Source of the DNA: Catajapyx aquilonaris
Lineage: Eukaryota
Length of the DNA: 64,000 nucleotides
Assembly: GCA_000934665.2 (NCBI GenBank)
Contig: KZ538024.1
Coordinates: 62,001-126,000 of the forward strand
Reading direction: 5' to 3'
Below the pieces are notes generated by a model that was given only the letters and a program-made list of their open reading frames with translations, was not told the origin of the DNA and did not search any database. Positions 1-13,587 of this stretch are shown piece after piece; the first letter of the stretch is position 1; each line of letters opens with the position of its first letter. The position numbers and the translations under genes were made by a program.

Positions 1-1394
1 CCGCAAGCAGACAACAATGGCGCAAAGTTATCTCGTCACCCAAAATGACTTGCAAACCTTTGAACCCCGAAGACACCTCCGCTACTGGATTTTCTTGCGC
101 AATCTCTGATGGAAACCTCAAAACGTTGGTTTCCATTTCCCAGATGGAAAGCCTTGAGGGAAATGAAATGGCTGCGAATTTCTACCGACGGCGGAGACGC
201 TCGCTCCAGTATATTTCCTCTCGTCTACAATGAATTCAGTTGTCCCTCGTGCAGAATCGGAACAATAATGATTCCATCCCAGATATGAAGGAGCAGGGAG
301 GGGGAAATCTTCTGTGTTCTCAAGTGATCCAATTACCTAACCGACATTGTGGCGTGATAAGAGACCGCCAGACACTGACTGAATTCCGTAAATGTACTCG
401 CGCGCTAAAAATATTGAATTATCTGATATGTAAATGTGACTTGGGAGACAAAGAATATCACTGGTTTTTTTTCTACCTCCCTCTGCCAGAAGAAAACGAC
501 AAAAACGCACCTCCGCCGAATGAAAGGTCTTCCAGTAAAATATGAGATGCATGACCATCCGAGTCGGCCTTGCAAGTTTCATAGCAATACCGAAATGACA
601 TACCATTTCAGATTGGCGCTCGGATGTTGGCATCAAGCGCACTGCTGATGTACCGACCACAAATGGGCCATTATGTAAATGGTCGCTGTTTGGGCCCTTA
701 GTTGGTGTTTTCCCGCTTAGCTTCGGGAATAAGGTATACGGCTCCCAGAACAATCCGGAGGAGAAATCCACTCCCTGTTTTACTGATATTCCCACTCATA
801 ATGCAGGTTACAAATTACAGCTAGGAGACGGCGGCCGTAAAGGAAGATTTCGCATATAACTTGAGGCGGACGGACAGACACAGGCTTTTCTGAATAAAAC
901 ATTGAGCATGAAGTGTCCTCTGCCTGACTCGGATTTGTCGGAAACGTCAGCCTCATCTCAAACTAGAGATAACTACTGTAGGATCATAATATTTTCAACG
1001 TGACGTAAGATTTTCACTTTCCACATTTTGAAAATAATACAATGCAACTGGCTTAATGACAGGATCTGGACTGATAGGCCTTTAAAGAGGCTAGATTCTC
1101 AGCGATTTTGGGATCTGATGTGGCGCTTGAATGAGCCCTGGCATTGGCTGCATAAAATAGCGATCAGGGACTTTGGAGACTTGGAGCAGTTTGTAGCCCC
1201 TGGGGCCTCTTGCAAGAGATGGATAAGGTCTTCTGGAAATGGGCCAGCGATTTGTCTGGCTGGTGACGGGGCCAGGATGGTGGGGACTGGGGAAAAGAAG
1301 CGCCAGAGGTCAAAATCTTTTTATTCGCGGCGATTCATTTTTTTCTACCTTCTTTTCAAATAGAGTGGAGTTTTCCAATTTAAAACGAGTTTGA

Positions 1395-1557
1395 TTTAAA
1401 TTGTGTTTACTGTCATGGCAGGTAATCGATCTTAAACGGGAGATTCCCGAAAAAACCCACGCGAACACGGGAAGAACCCATCAAATGAGTGTTCGCCGCC
1501 AGATGGGGGGATCGAACTCGGGGCCTCAGAAGTGGAAGGCTGCGGCACTCACCACCC
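1395..1557 (-). mobile_element. Degenerate tRNA-derived SINE with V-domain-like body (copy 1)
   Basis: Minus strand has a B-box (gagttcgatcc, + strand 1509-1519), then gttcttcccgtgttcgcgtgggttttttcggg, resembling the V-SINE conserved domain. Aligns with the copy at 18500. Confidence 0.6.
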
Positions 1558-3653
1558 ATTTCATCTGCATTTTCACTTTATTAAAATACCGAAACAGATT
1601 GTACCCAACTCCATCCTCAGAACCAAATTTAATGGTTTTGCTCACAAAAATCAATTGGCATGAAATATGCAGCAGTGTTCTTAGTAAGTGCTCAAATGAA
1701 AGCCAGATCATCTTATTTCAACACCCCCGCAATATTAAATTCCAATGCTGGATATGTGCCTTGCCCTGCCAGTGAGAATTCTATTATAGCTACACAGAAC
1801 TTCCTACTCCGAATACTGGATTCGCGTCCATTTCTTTATTATTATGGTAATGTGCTTAAGTTATGTGGCTAGTGCCATAGGATAATTATTGGAGGATACT
1901 GTTGGAGTAACGGATTTCTTTGAATCAGTTGATATTCTACAACTTAGGCTAACAATTTTTTGTGTAAAACATACCGTTCAACGGAAAACTGAAATGTACC
2001 ATATACATCCCAACAGTAACCGCAGCCCTCCTCGTCTTTCAGTGTAGGCAAGAGAACCTCGTCCGAGAGGCAAATTGGACTGCCGTCATTAGATAATTAA
2101 AAGCTTCAAACCTACATGTACGCATTATCTGAAGCGATCAGCTTAATTGCACAACGCAGGTCCAACAAGCAGTGAAAAACAACTCAAGTCCATCATAATC
2201 AATATTATTGCCACATGTCCTAGCATATACCGTACTGCTTGGTCGAGCCAAGGGACCCTTTCTATACACTTGGACGCCAGTCCGGCTCGCAAATCTTCCA
2301 TTCCATATAATATAATGCATATATAGCTGGTTGTTATCTGACCCAGTTCCAACACCGCACAGGTGGAGACCAAATCAAATATTCATGAACATTTGCACCG
2401 TTGTTGACACTGGAAGCGTTGTTGGTCTTGGTCTGATGGAATTGGATGATTACTGCAATCAGCTCCCAACACGTCCGTTTGGCAAGCCGGGAGGGAACGT
2501 GTCTGCTTTTTTAAAATGAACAATACAGCTAGGCTACTGCTGGCGGCCATAATGGGCCAACAGCAGCACTGGGGCCGTCCGTCCTTGTCCTTAAAAAGCG
2601 GCATTCTGCATCGCCAGCCGCACCACACCGCAGCTGCTGCTGCTGGTGGTGGTGCCGCTGCAGCTGGGAATATTTGTAGTGTATCTCGCTTCTCTGGCTC
2701 CTCCATCCCGCTCTCATCGTTTGCAAATTATCTCAGCTCCCGGACGCCTGTCTGCTTTTTCAAAGGAGGCATGGAAACCACCTTCCGCGGGTTCTCTTTG
2801 TGTGTCAACCGCGTGTAAACAGAGTTCGTGCCTGGCATCTCCGAGCCATGCCTCTTCTCGCCCCCTGTCTCTCTCTTTCTGCGCCACCAACATGGAGCAT
2901 TGCAAGATCCAATAAACATGCGGCATTGTTGTCCGGGCAAATACATCCAGTCCCTAAAACCCCCATGAATCCCATCTCCCTTGCAGCAGCATCACGGAAC
3001 TACGACACGTACTTGCACAGGGATAAGGTTTGCATCTCAAATGCCTGTGCGATGCCCCTCGAATTATCACGCTCGTACTTTTTTTACTTGGCTTTGGCAA
3101 ACTGATCTGAATCCACACCTCTGTGCCTCTATGTGCTGGGAGCGAAGATACAGCTATATTGGGAAGACAAGCGTTCCCATTTTATTGCATCACCTCCGGG
3201 TGTGTATGCAAGAGTTTCCATTTCATAGAGTTTACATAAGCCATAATTACCCTAATTGGAGCTTCCTGCAGGCACTGTTGATTTAAGTGATCTATATATC
3301 GACAAGGATCGGTTACACGTGCGCCGCGTGCATTACAGTTCTGGCTGATGTGCTTTACTTGATATACTAGGGTGGATTAATATTATGCATCCAGGTGAAA
3401 ATCCCTGTTGGTTCGGCGCCTGTGGTCATATCCCATCTTGACCTGCCCGCAACCCACGTACAGTAGGCTTTCAATAATCCAGCCGCAAGTATGCTGTGGC
3501 CTTAAAACCATGCTTATCATATAAGGGTAGCAGGTGTGTATACTCTTAGTATATATATATATAATTTTAGGTCACACAGTCTATAAGGCACATGCTATTT
3601 TCCCTAGACCATGTGTATATTCACTCGTGTCTCCATTTTTGTTAAAATTTCAG

Positions 3654-3781
3654 GTCTATCAGCAGAGCTGTTCTACGTGCGTGAAGGTGTCATCAATGAA
3701 TACGCCATGAACTTCGTGGTTCCTGTACCTTCCCACATTTCGGAACTACACTTTTGCTGGCAAGCCCTGATAACCAGACCT
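3654..3781 (+). CDS. Drl-2: Drl-2/RYK exon: WIF domain N-part (GLSAELFYVREGVINEYAMNFVVPVPSHISELHFCWQALITRP)
   Basis: tttcag acceptor at 3648-3653, gtaagt donor at 3782. Typical RYK WIF motif ELFYVREGVIN-YA--F-VPVP. Phase 1 to 0. Confidence 0.93.
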
Positions 3782-6700
3782 GTAAGTCGCCTAGCTGTTT
3801 TTTTTTAGTCTGTCTTTATTTGCGGCATCACACTCGGGATTGGTTACACCCCCGGCGGGCCTATTCCCAAAAGGTCGATACAGTGTTTATAGCCTCCAGC
3901 TGACAATGTTCCTGTCGCCAGCCTAAACCTTTTTCGGGTGGGTGCGGGTAGGAGGGTTGAATTCTGGGGGGATCCCCTGCCGATTTGCATCCCATTCTTC
4001 TTTTCGGCAGCCACCGGGGACAGTTCCCGTCTTCGTCAAACGACCCATTTGCAAAGCTAATGTCGCGGCGTATTCCTCCCCTATAAAGTCAACCTACGTG
4101 GTGTTGTGTCGCTGACAGGTATCGCATTTATTATTTTACTCACACATCCTATACAGTATACCGGGTTGGGAGTATCAAAAAAATAGGCTAATCTCGCAGA
4201 GTCGATGATCCAGAGCTATTGTTGCACTTTTGCGAGCGATTCACCGGGGAAATAATGTTTCTTCATCACCTCATCCCCCTCATGACTGGAAGCAAACGCG
4301 ACGCTGTCGCCTCTCCATCAAAAAATAATTGAAATAAATGCATTCCTCTCGCCGGTACGGTCAATCACCGTGGTTTTTCTTCAATTCCCTCGTGGGCATA
4401 ATATCGGAGCAATTTTTGAATTCGCCGTCAGTAGGCCCACCCCCTCGGCCATTAACCCAGGACAGGTCGTAAAAGTGACAAAATCCCGAGTCCCATTGCT
4501 TTGTCATCCAAGTGACAGAATCCCAATTACCCATAGCCGTCCTCCTCGTTTGTCTCCTGTATCTAAATGCAATTTTTATCCGGTCGTCCGTCGTGTGTAG
4601 ACTGACACCAGCAGTTTTCCCATGTATATAGTCCCCTATATTTTGTGCCAACAGTGAGAATAAGGTCAAGACCTGGGCAATCTCTCAGCGCCTATTAAAT
4701 GCGCTTAATGGGCTTCAACGCAACACTTTGGTTACTGCCGGCTTGCATGCAAAGTTGCCAACAGTTATTGATTCGCCAACCTTTTGTAGTCTGCATGTTT
4801 TCAGGTAGTTTTCTCATGGAAAAAAAAAATAAAGGTGAGTTGAAAAGTCCATCTTGAGTATAATAATGTCATTACTATCAATTCGAATCGTGATTTGCAC
4901 TTGGATAATCCGGCAGGTGTGGTTCAAGTGTTGGGACCGGTTCCGTTCTGTGGGTTGATGGGAGTTAATCCCAGGCTTAAAATAGGAGCGCTAGAAACGT
5001 TTTCCTGGTTGCAATTGAATAATCCGGGGACTGCATCAGTGGACCACTTTTTTTTTCCTCTCTATCAGAGCCCGCACTTCAGTAATATCATTGGAAGGCG
5101 TAAACCAATAGAAGGAAGAGCAGAGGCAGAAATGGACCTCCGTTCCTATTTTATAAACGAGTTTGGCCCTCGACAGAGATGTATTTATTGCCTGCAGCGG
5201 GAAATGGTGCGGTGCCTAACTCTGGAATTATTGCCTCTCGGGTCTACTCGCCAGACTATCCCATGCCGTCTCTAATAGGAACAAGGCAGCATTGTGCCCT
5301 GTAAATTGGCTGCTGCCTAACCCGAAATCCTGTTCCCTAGGATACGGGGGGATAATAATCATTTTGCAAGCACCCGGGCCACTGTGGCTGCCAAACGCAG
5401 ATTTTGCACCTGACAAATGGCGCGACGGTATAGAGGACCCTGCTCAGTAGGATATTACCAACCAATGAACATCCGAATGCATGGTCGTGTATCCCTACTT
5501 GTGCTCCGAATGCACGTTCTCCTCTTTCATCTTTCACCAGGATGTGCACTGGATTGCAGCAGATTTCTGTCCCGGTTTTGGCAGAGCTGGGATCATCCGG
5601 TGCCTGGTAAGAAGATTATGACGGAATACAGTATAGGCAGTGCAGTACAACGAATTTTGGGCCCCATATACATTATAGCAGTGAAACTGAATATTTAGTT
5701 GCATGTCTGATGTCTTGTGTGATGGAGTACTGTTGAGACTTATCTTCATATTTTTGGCTCAGGGTTCCCCATGGGTGATCAGTTGCTTTTAGCTCAATAT
5801 TATCCTGTGTGACCTTTCGAAAACTGTCAACTCACTTTCGTAGTAAAATTTATAAACAATATATTTTAAAACGGTGTATAGTGTGAGAATAGTATGGTTT
5901 ATCTACGCCAAGATTGCAGAGGGAGTGTGGGGGTTGGCATGGTAACTGACTTGTGTAACCAATCACGAGGGGGTTGCAATAAGTTACCATGACAACAGTC
6001 AAACTTCCGCTGCAATCTTGTTGGAGTATAGTACACAACCATAGTATGTTGATAGAAAATTACAATCATACGATGAAAGAGACGCAATTTATAAAAATTA
6101 AAATATGCAAAATTCAATTAAATAAAACACATTATTATGAACAACCATCCAGAAAATCCCTGTAGAAACCGCAATTTAATCCTGAAATATAAATAATAAA
6201 TCGCTGTTCAATTCATAGTAAGACCCTAGAAGCGAATATATACAACACATACAAATCCTGATTGAACACCTCCAAACACATGATTAAATTCTGTAGCGTT
6301 CGCGCTTAGGCTATACGTCATGATTGGTTCCAGAACAGCCATTTTACCCTAGTAAATCATACATCCCGTGCTTGATTCACAGCTGTGGATTTTTTTTTTG
6401 CGAGGCTAGGGGGGAGAGTTGGAAAATGAAAGGCGCCGTATTGGAATCGAGAGAGGGAATGGGTAAAGTGATTTGATTAGATGTTGCCTGCAGCCCGTGT
6501 GCTGGTCGGATCTGTTTGATCTTCCCGCTGGTTAATCGAGTTGGATTTGGTTATTGCGTGGACCGGGTCCGCATGGGTGAGGCCACGGAATGGACATTGA
6601 CCACCCAACTCACTTTTCCCTATCAGTATGGAAGTAATGCTTTTCATGCTCAACCCTTTTCAAAAACTAGCCACACTATTCATTGTCACTTTGAGAGCAG

Positions 6701-9700
6701 TATCCATTCATCTTCTACCTTGCTAAATAATTGCAAACCGGTAATTCGGTTTTGAATGCAACAACGGCTTCCTTTTGTACATGTGCTGTAGAGGGGGGGG
6801 GGGGCGGGGGTGTAAAATGATCGGATCTGACAGAGCGAAAAAATTGCTGCTTTGCTGAGAGTAGCAATATCTTTGGTACGAATAAACGCTGAACATGCTA
6901 AGCGACCACTGGTCTGCCTGGCAGGTGTAGCCCATAGCTGTTACGCAAAGCACAAAGCCAATTTCATACGCTACTTTATGTAAAATTATGTATACGTAAA
7001 TAGTAGGCTGCGATTGCGAATATTTATGTTCCAGTGAAATGATTCTACCACCATTCGTCCTGGGCAATATTTAAAATGCCGATAATGAAGTTGAATACTA
7101 ATGTCTGTTTTTTATGCCTACTAATTAATATAAATGTCCTCCCTTGTTTAATATTTCGTTTGCTATCTACACAACTTGACCGCTACAAATCTAAACATTC
7201 CACATGCCGTGGTTGTACCACATCATTACATTATGGTAATAAGGTAATAGAGCTTCTTCTTCACCTGAACTATGGTGATGGACAGCCTAAAGAGGACACA
7301 AAAATTAAAGCTGTGTACACAAAGCGTTACCAACTCGTGCCGCATTTCACATGATCTCTCTTGACAGTCCCGATTACACAGAGAAGCGCATTTTATATGA
7401 GAGTGCGGGTACCACTTTGAGCAATATTACAGCGTAATTACATCTGAAGTCCTTCTCGTGTGTCCGTGGAGCCAGTTTGAACAAGAGCTGTGTGCAAAGG
7501 CCGACAGGATCGTTAATTAACCAGCCGAAATAAATCCGCGTTTGTATCCCCCCGCAGTTAAGTACCTTGTTCATGCTCGCATATCATTTTCAACTTAACT
7601 CTTGCTCCAACTCCACCCCCCTTATCCTCACCCCCCTCCCTCCCCAAATATTAAGCCTATCACGCGGCCGTCCGTTTCACACGCGATTATTTCGCGTCCA
7701 ACACTTGAAACACCCATTGTTGTGGTAAGACCTGGGAAATAATTTGCCACACCGCCATTTCCATTTATCCGGATATACCACCAACAACCAGTATTTTTCC
7801 CGGTTTTGTACAAAGTTTGGTACTGAAGCCCCTTTTTTTCACCCTCTCTCTTCTACAAAATCCCAACAAGATTTAGTTCCCGCTTAACTTTCCCCACCCT
7901 TGTAAGGATTTTCATAGCAATTTCACCGCCACTTTCTTTGCGGGTAGGAAAGGGGGAGGGGGGGGGGACCGTTCGTACTTGTTAACGCGCTCGACCGAAA
8001 TTGCAGCCACCTTCTTAAGATTCAGATAGCCTTAATTGCCTTGTCGGTGGCGGCAGTAAATCTCCACCTTCCCTCCCCCCACCCGTGAGAACCAGGTTTA
8101 TTCGGAGGGACCAACATTTCTTAAAGGACGCTATTTTTAAAACTGGCCAGCATATAATCAGAGGGGGAAGGCTTGTAGGTTAATCACCATTAGTCATTTA
8201 GGCACGTGAGCCAAAAATTAGCGAAAGGATGACACTATATGTGGTTGCTTGAGCATTTGAGCGGTGAACTGTGATCCGCCAACCCACAGTGAATCATCCC
8301 CACCCTCTTTTTTTTTTACCCTGGGGCTCCCCCATATCCCTGTGTATATCTGCACTGCAAGCTCCTCTCTTTTTCCTCTATCCCGGAGCCCAGGTAATGA
8401 CAAATATCAGACTGACTAGTAGGGGGGGGGGGGGCTTTTGCGCCAAACGCTCTAATGATGATTGCACTTGATGGCCTTTGGGTGGGCCTGGGATATATCC
8501 CTATTGAGGATTCAATCTGGAATTTCCCACCAGCCACTGGCCTTTGCTGCTAATGTGGCTGCTGGCCTTTCCATAATGGTTTTTTGCACTTTAATTTTGA
8601 AAAATGTCATTAGGTATGGTTCATCGGGAGTGCGCTGCTGCTGGGCTAATGTTAGGGAAAAGGAGGGTGGGAATGGGTCAGTACCGGTTTTTACAACTGC
8701 CGCCTGTTATTACATATTTACAACACGTAGTCAGTAGGCTCCTTTTGCCAAATCACATGCTATTTACACCCAGCAGCGGATGCGGGTGTAAACCAATGGG
8801 CCAGTGGCACGGTAGGCAGTATAATTGAGTGGATTGTACGAGGTAACGATGCTAAACACAGCATTGTCAATGACAGTGTCGGCAGTCTCTGACGCACAAT
8901 CCGATTCAAATAAATGGAGCATACTGTTGTCATGTCCTGTCAGCAATTTAAATTTATTTATGCATAAACTGACAGCATATTTATGCTTCTGATGGGGCTC
9001 GTAAGCCCACTACAACTCATCAATGACACTTTACGAATTAACAACTGTATCGTTTGCGCGTAACTGAAAGGATGTAAAATCGCTTTTATCACATGGTTCA
9101 ACATCCAATATTGTAGTCGAGCCCATCACGTTAATTTGATGCGAACCTAATTTCAAGAAAAGCCTCGTTGTTGCCGGCACATAATGGTAAACATCGGCAC
9201 AGTGCAGTTCTGTACATTCAGATCCCATTGTTTCCCAGCTACTGCACGAATGACATTGTTGCGCATTGGTCGATATCCTATCTTGCTAGAGCACTTGCTT
9301 CTATGTTCCTCTTTCTGTCAACACGCACCACTGTGAGAAAAAGGAAATCTGCGCCCCTCCTACCCACCACTTCTACAGGAAGTTTCACCCAAAGTCAGAC
9401 AGACACCGCAGAGAATCAGGAAAGTCTAATTTCCACATTAATCTGGGTCTAGGGGGAAGATAAATGAATGGCCTCCAGCCCCACTTGTTCTTCTCAGTCT
9501 CCAGTTCCCGCCCGAGTTTCTTTCTGCGAGTGTTGGTGATTGATCGTGTTTCGAGCTTTGCTCCGCTGTTTTGTTTACGTCCGCATCTAGGAGGGTGGGA
9601 CGGGGATGGACTAAAACAGCCTGATTGAAGATGACAGTGACTGAAAGTTCTGCTGGGACTTCATTTGTATAAGAGTTTGGAGGAGAAAATGGGATCAAAA

Positions 9701-12700
9701 GAGTCGTGGTAAGGCGCCAGGGTCTTTGCACAGGCGACGGTCATTAAATTTTGGAGGTGAACAAATCGTATACCGCTGTTTACAACTCAAAATACCCTTG
9801 CTTTTCAACCTAAAACTTGGACGGGCACGCAACGTGGCAGCTTGTGACGGTTTATCGAAGAATCAAGTGTCGGGGAGGAAAATGGGCATCTTTCATGCGT
9901 CCCAGCGCCGTATCCCTGCTTCCATCTGCAGTAGTCGTGCGTGTTTGCACACTTGGATCCATTTGTCAATTCAACCTCCCCCTATATACTCTCCCTCTCC
10001 CCAACTGAGAAACTTGTCGAAATTTTGTGTCTCCTCTCTCTCACTCACTAACCAAGTCGATATGTGCGGCTATCAGTGATTCTTCCCCCACTGTGTCTGA
10101 CTCAGCAGTGTTTGCTGAACTCTACAGAGCACCCGGTGCACTGATAGCTCCTCAAACACGTACCGTATGAACTCTTCGTCCAGGCTTGTCATCTGAGAGC
10201 AGTTTCCACTCTCGTTCTTAATTGCAGGTTTGTAGACACGATTTCCTAGGTTTCATTTGCGCCTTGTGACTGATAAGGAATTGCGTCAAGAAAATTAAGC
10301 ACGGTGCAGTTATGCATGAAGGCAGCCATCCTTCACCTAGTGATGTGTGTCGAGAATAGGAAGTGACAAGGATCAGCCAGTATAGGATGCCACTTTGGGA
10401 AACATGGATTTGCACTTGACAGATATGCACAGTTTTGCAAGCACAACGAAAGACATATTCTTTCAGAGGTAGGTCTGACAAAGAATGTCTTCTGATGTGA
10501 CCGAAGGATGATGGGCTCCAGAATAAGCATGACAGTAATTTTTAATGAGAAAGTTCTTAATAATACTTAGATGAAAAAGTGAAACTCAGTGTTTGCATAA
10601 TTAGGCACGCAACTGAAATATTCGGATTAAATTTGATCATCACGATTTTGACATTTTCCCAGGTTACAATGGCCACAGAAAGAGGAGTATTTGCATGAAT
10701 ATTTCTGGAAAAGTTAGAAAATGATTAATTTTTAGAGTTGCTCGTTTTTCACGAAAACAAATTCCATAAAGTTAATGCTTGTGCACCATATGGTAACCCC
10801 TATAACGAGGAAACACAATGGAGAGCCAGTAATTCACACACCTTAACTCAATTAAAACTTAATGTTGGAGGGAATAGTATGTAACTCGAAAAATTGAGCA
10901 TTTAGGCCTACTAACATTGCCAATATAATTACATAACAAAAATGGCTAAATGGCGATATGAAAATGCAGATTTTTCATTTAGGATTTAAATTAGGCAAAC
11001 ACCGAGTTACACTTTTTCATCTAATATGATTATAATAACTACCTCACCAAAAATTACCCCGATCCTATCCCGAAACCATTCCTTTGCAATTTACAGGTCT
11101 TTTACGCTTTATACGGTATATTGTGAAATTCCATGAGGTTTCCAAAGATAAAGCCCCTCCCACCTCATTGCCATCATCGCCAACTTGTTACCGTATCATC
11201 GTAGGAATTCCCTCGCTCCCCTTTGTGATGATGGCATTTTGAAAGACCTTCATTCAATCTCTCAAAAATATTTCCTCTCGATGATCCGGTAACAAAACTT
11301 TCGTGGAAAATTGAACGTGTAAATAGAAGCCAATTCGACAACAGACCAAAAACGGTTCCTGTAAAAGTTATTCGATAAATTACATCGTTATTTTAAAGTC
11401 CTGTTCTACTAATGAAAAGGCATTGGCGGGTGTAAAACGAATGAATGCCACAACATGGTGTCAGCCACGACAGTCCTTGCCTAATTCATCCTGACCTGTT
11501 ATACAACCTCACCCTTGTGGCAGGGGCAGCATGACCTGCAGGCGCAAGAAGACAGATGCCCAACTGCAAAGGTCGTAAATGTATTGCAACATGAACTGTA
11601 GAACTTTGTGCTGTAATTTTGTATAATAAAAATCAGTGATATGAAGCTGTTATCTCTCCTTCCAGTGAACAAAGGAAGGGGTGCAGTGTCAGCCACTAGT
11701 TCACAACACAAAGAAAAAACGAAACAAAAAATGCACTATTCCTCCCTACTCCCCCCTAGAGCACATAGGTCCTCACTATTAAATATTATTAAAGTTTATA
11801 ATTAAACCACGATGTGTACTGCTGGTAAATGCAAAGACTTCTCTGCGGTTCCAAAATCTGCAATGTTGTTCCTCAACTTGGCTGCTTCAATTAGGGTGCG
11901 TGGTACACGTTACATATGGCCATTTAAGTGATTATTTGATGCACCCTCGCGTACTAGAGACCCCTGTGCAATTCTCCGGCCTAGGGAGGAAGCTACGAAA
12001 CCAGTGGTGATATTTTGGCCGAGTCTGGCGTAGCAGCCTCCGAGTTTTCCCACTACTTGAGACTGGCTCCATTTTGAGTTCTGCCGTGCATTTATATTGC
12101 CTACTTGAAGAGAAATTGGCCAGGAACTCGCTGATTTCTATCGGATTTTTCCTACTTTCCTCCCTCGGCTGTATTGAGACTCATCCCATGCGGTTACTCA
12201 TTATCAAGGTGCTGGCGAATTCTCCCCCAAAAAAACGAAAACAAAAAAAAATGTGGGGATAAGGTATACGCTAGAAAATTCCAACAAATAATTCCCAACG
12301 CACTTCCCTCCAACACTATTCCGGTGATATACGTATTGAACGTCACCTGAGTCGCATTTGGGAAATTAGAACCCATCTAGGTAATTGCACCTATAATGAC
12401 TGAGGAAATTGCCAAGCTAGAGACGGGAATGCAGATCAATTAAATTTGGATGCACGAAGAGCGGTTAATTTCGCCTCCACCTCGACTAACACCAAATTAT
12501 AGGAAACGCATTCCAAAAAGTTCTTTCAACTCCCTTTTTATATGGCAGCATTATCTTACTAACGTGGGAGAGGGGGGGGGGCTATTATTCGCACTCCTAA
12601 TGATTATAAATTAATCCGGCGATAAGGTGTTGGAAAGTGGGAGGGGTTTATAGCTCAAACAGTGTAGATGAAATCCGGCTGCACCTTCCTGCTGTATATA

Positions 12701-13405
12701 AAGGCACACAAACGGATTTGCAACTTGCTAGCCGTGCAGTTGACTCGGTGTTGGCATCCGTACGCTTTTCCAAGAGGTCTAAGAGGAAATATATAGAGGG
12801 TGGGTAGTAAGTAAGGGAAATAGGACAGGCAGGAAATTGCTAGACCCTGAACAAAGCTGAGTATTTGGAAGCTGGAGTTTAGCAGGAACAACTGCAGCCC
12901 GCAAAGTTTGTCAATATAAAGGAACAAGTCAGCAGCGAAGGCGAAATCCCGAGCCCATTCTGCATGTGGCTAAGCCCCGGCTGTCTTGGCGGCAAACAAG
13001 GCGATCTGGAACATATCAAGTGGCGGAAAGGCGCACTCATAGCACGGAATCCGAATAAATCTGCGGCCTACTCTGGCATAATGTCTCCCTTCCCTGAAAA
13101 AAAACGGAAAAGAAGAAGAAAGGGAGAAGGCTCAGTCCTCTGGGAAAGTTTGGGGGAGGGGGGGGGNGCGAAGAAGTTGACTGGGAAAGCTGAGTCTGCG
13201 GTCGGTTCAGAAGCAGCTTTGCGCATCTCAAAGGCAGCTGGAGCACCCACACCACAACCGGCCATTCATCCATTACAATATTTGGAAGCTAGTACTGGAA
13301 AAGCAATGGCCGTCTATACTATTTGCCCCAGTGTACTCAAAGGTTATTCCTTCTATATTGTTTGAACTTCCTTACGATCTTACAAGTCTGAAATACTATA
13401 TGGTA

Positions 13406-13587
13406 CAGTGGTGGAAATTAATGGATGAGCACAAGTATCGCCGCCTGGGGTAGCTTTTTCTTTGCTTCATGTAACGGAAAAGCTCCACAAGGCTTTTCCG
13501 TTACACGAAGCTTTTCCGTTGCATGAAGCAAAGAAAAGGCTACGCCAGGCGGCGATACTTGTGCTTATCTCTTAATTTCCACCACTG
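13406..13587. mobile_element. Tc1/mariner-type foldback MITE, 182 bp
   Basis: CAGTGGTGGAAATTAA...TTAATTTCCACCACTG flanked by TA on both sides. The roughly 80-bp arms have only a few mismatches and nearly the whole element is a hairpin. Confidence 0.85.

Noticed and set aside
2383..2946. Overlapping Ala/Gln/Gly-rich ORFs as the missing first exon
   Set aside because: They arise from a GC-rich (GCT)/(GGT) patch. There is no signal peptide plus WIF N-terminus and no suitable phase-1 donor.
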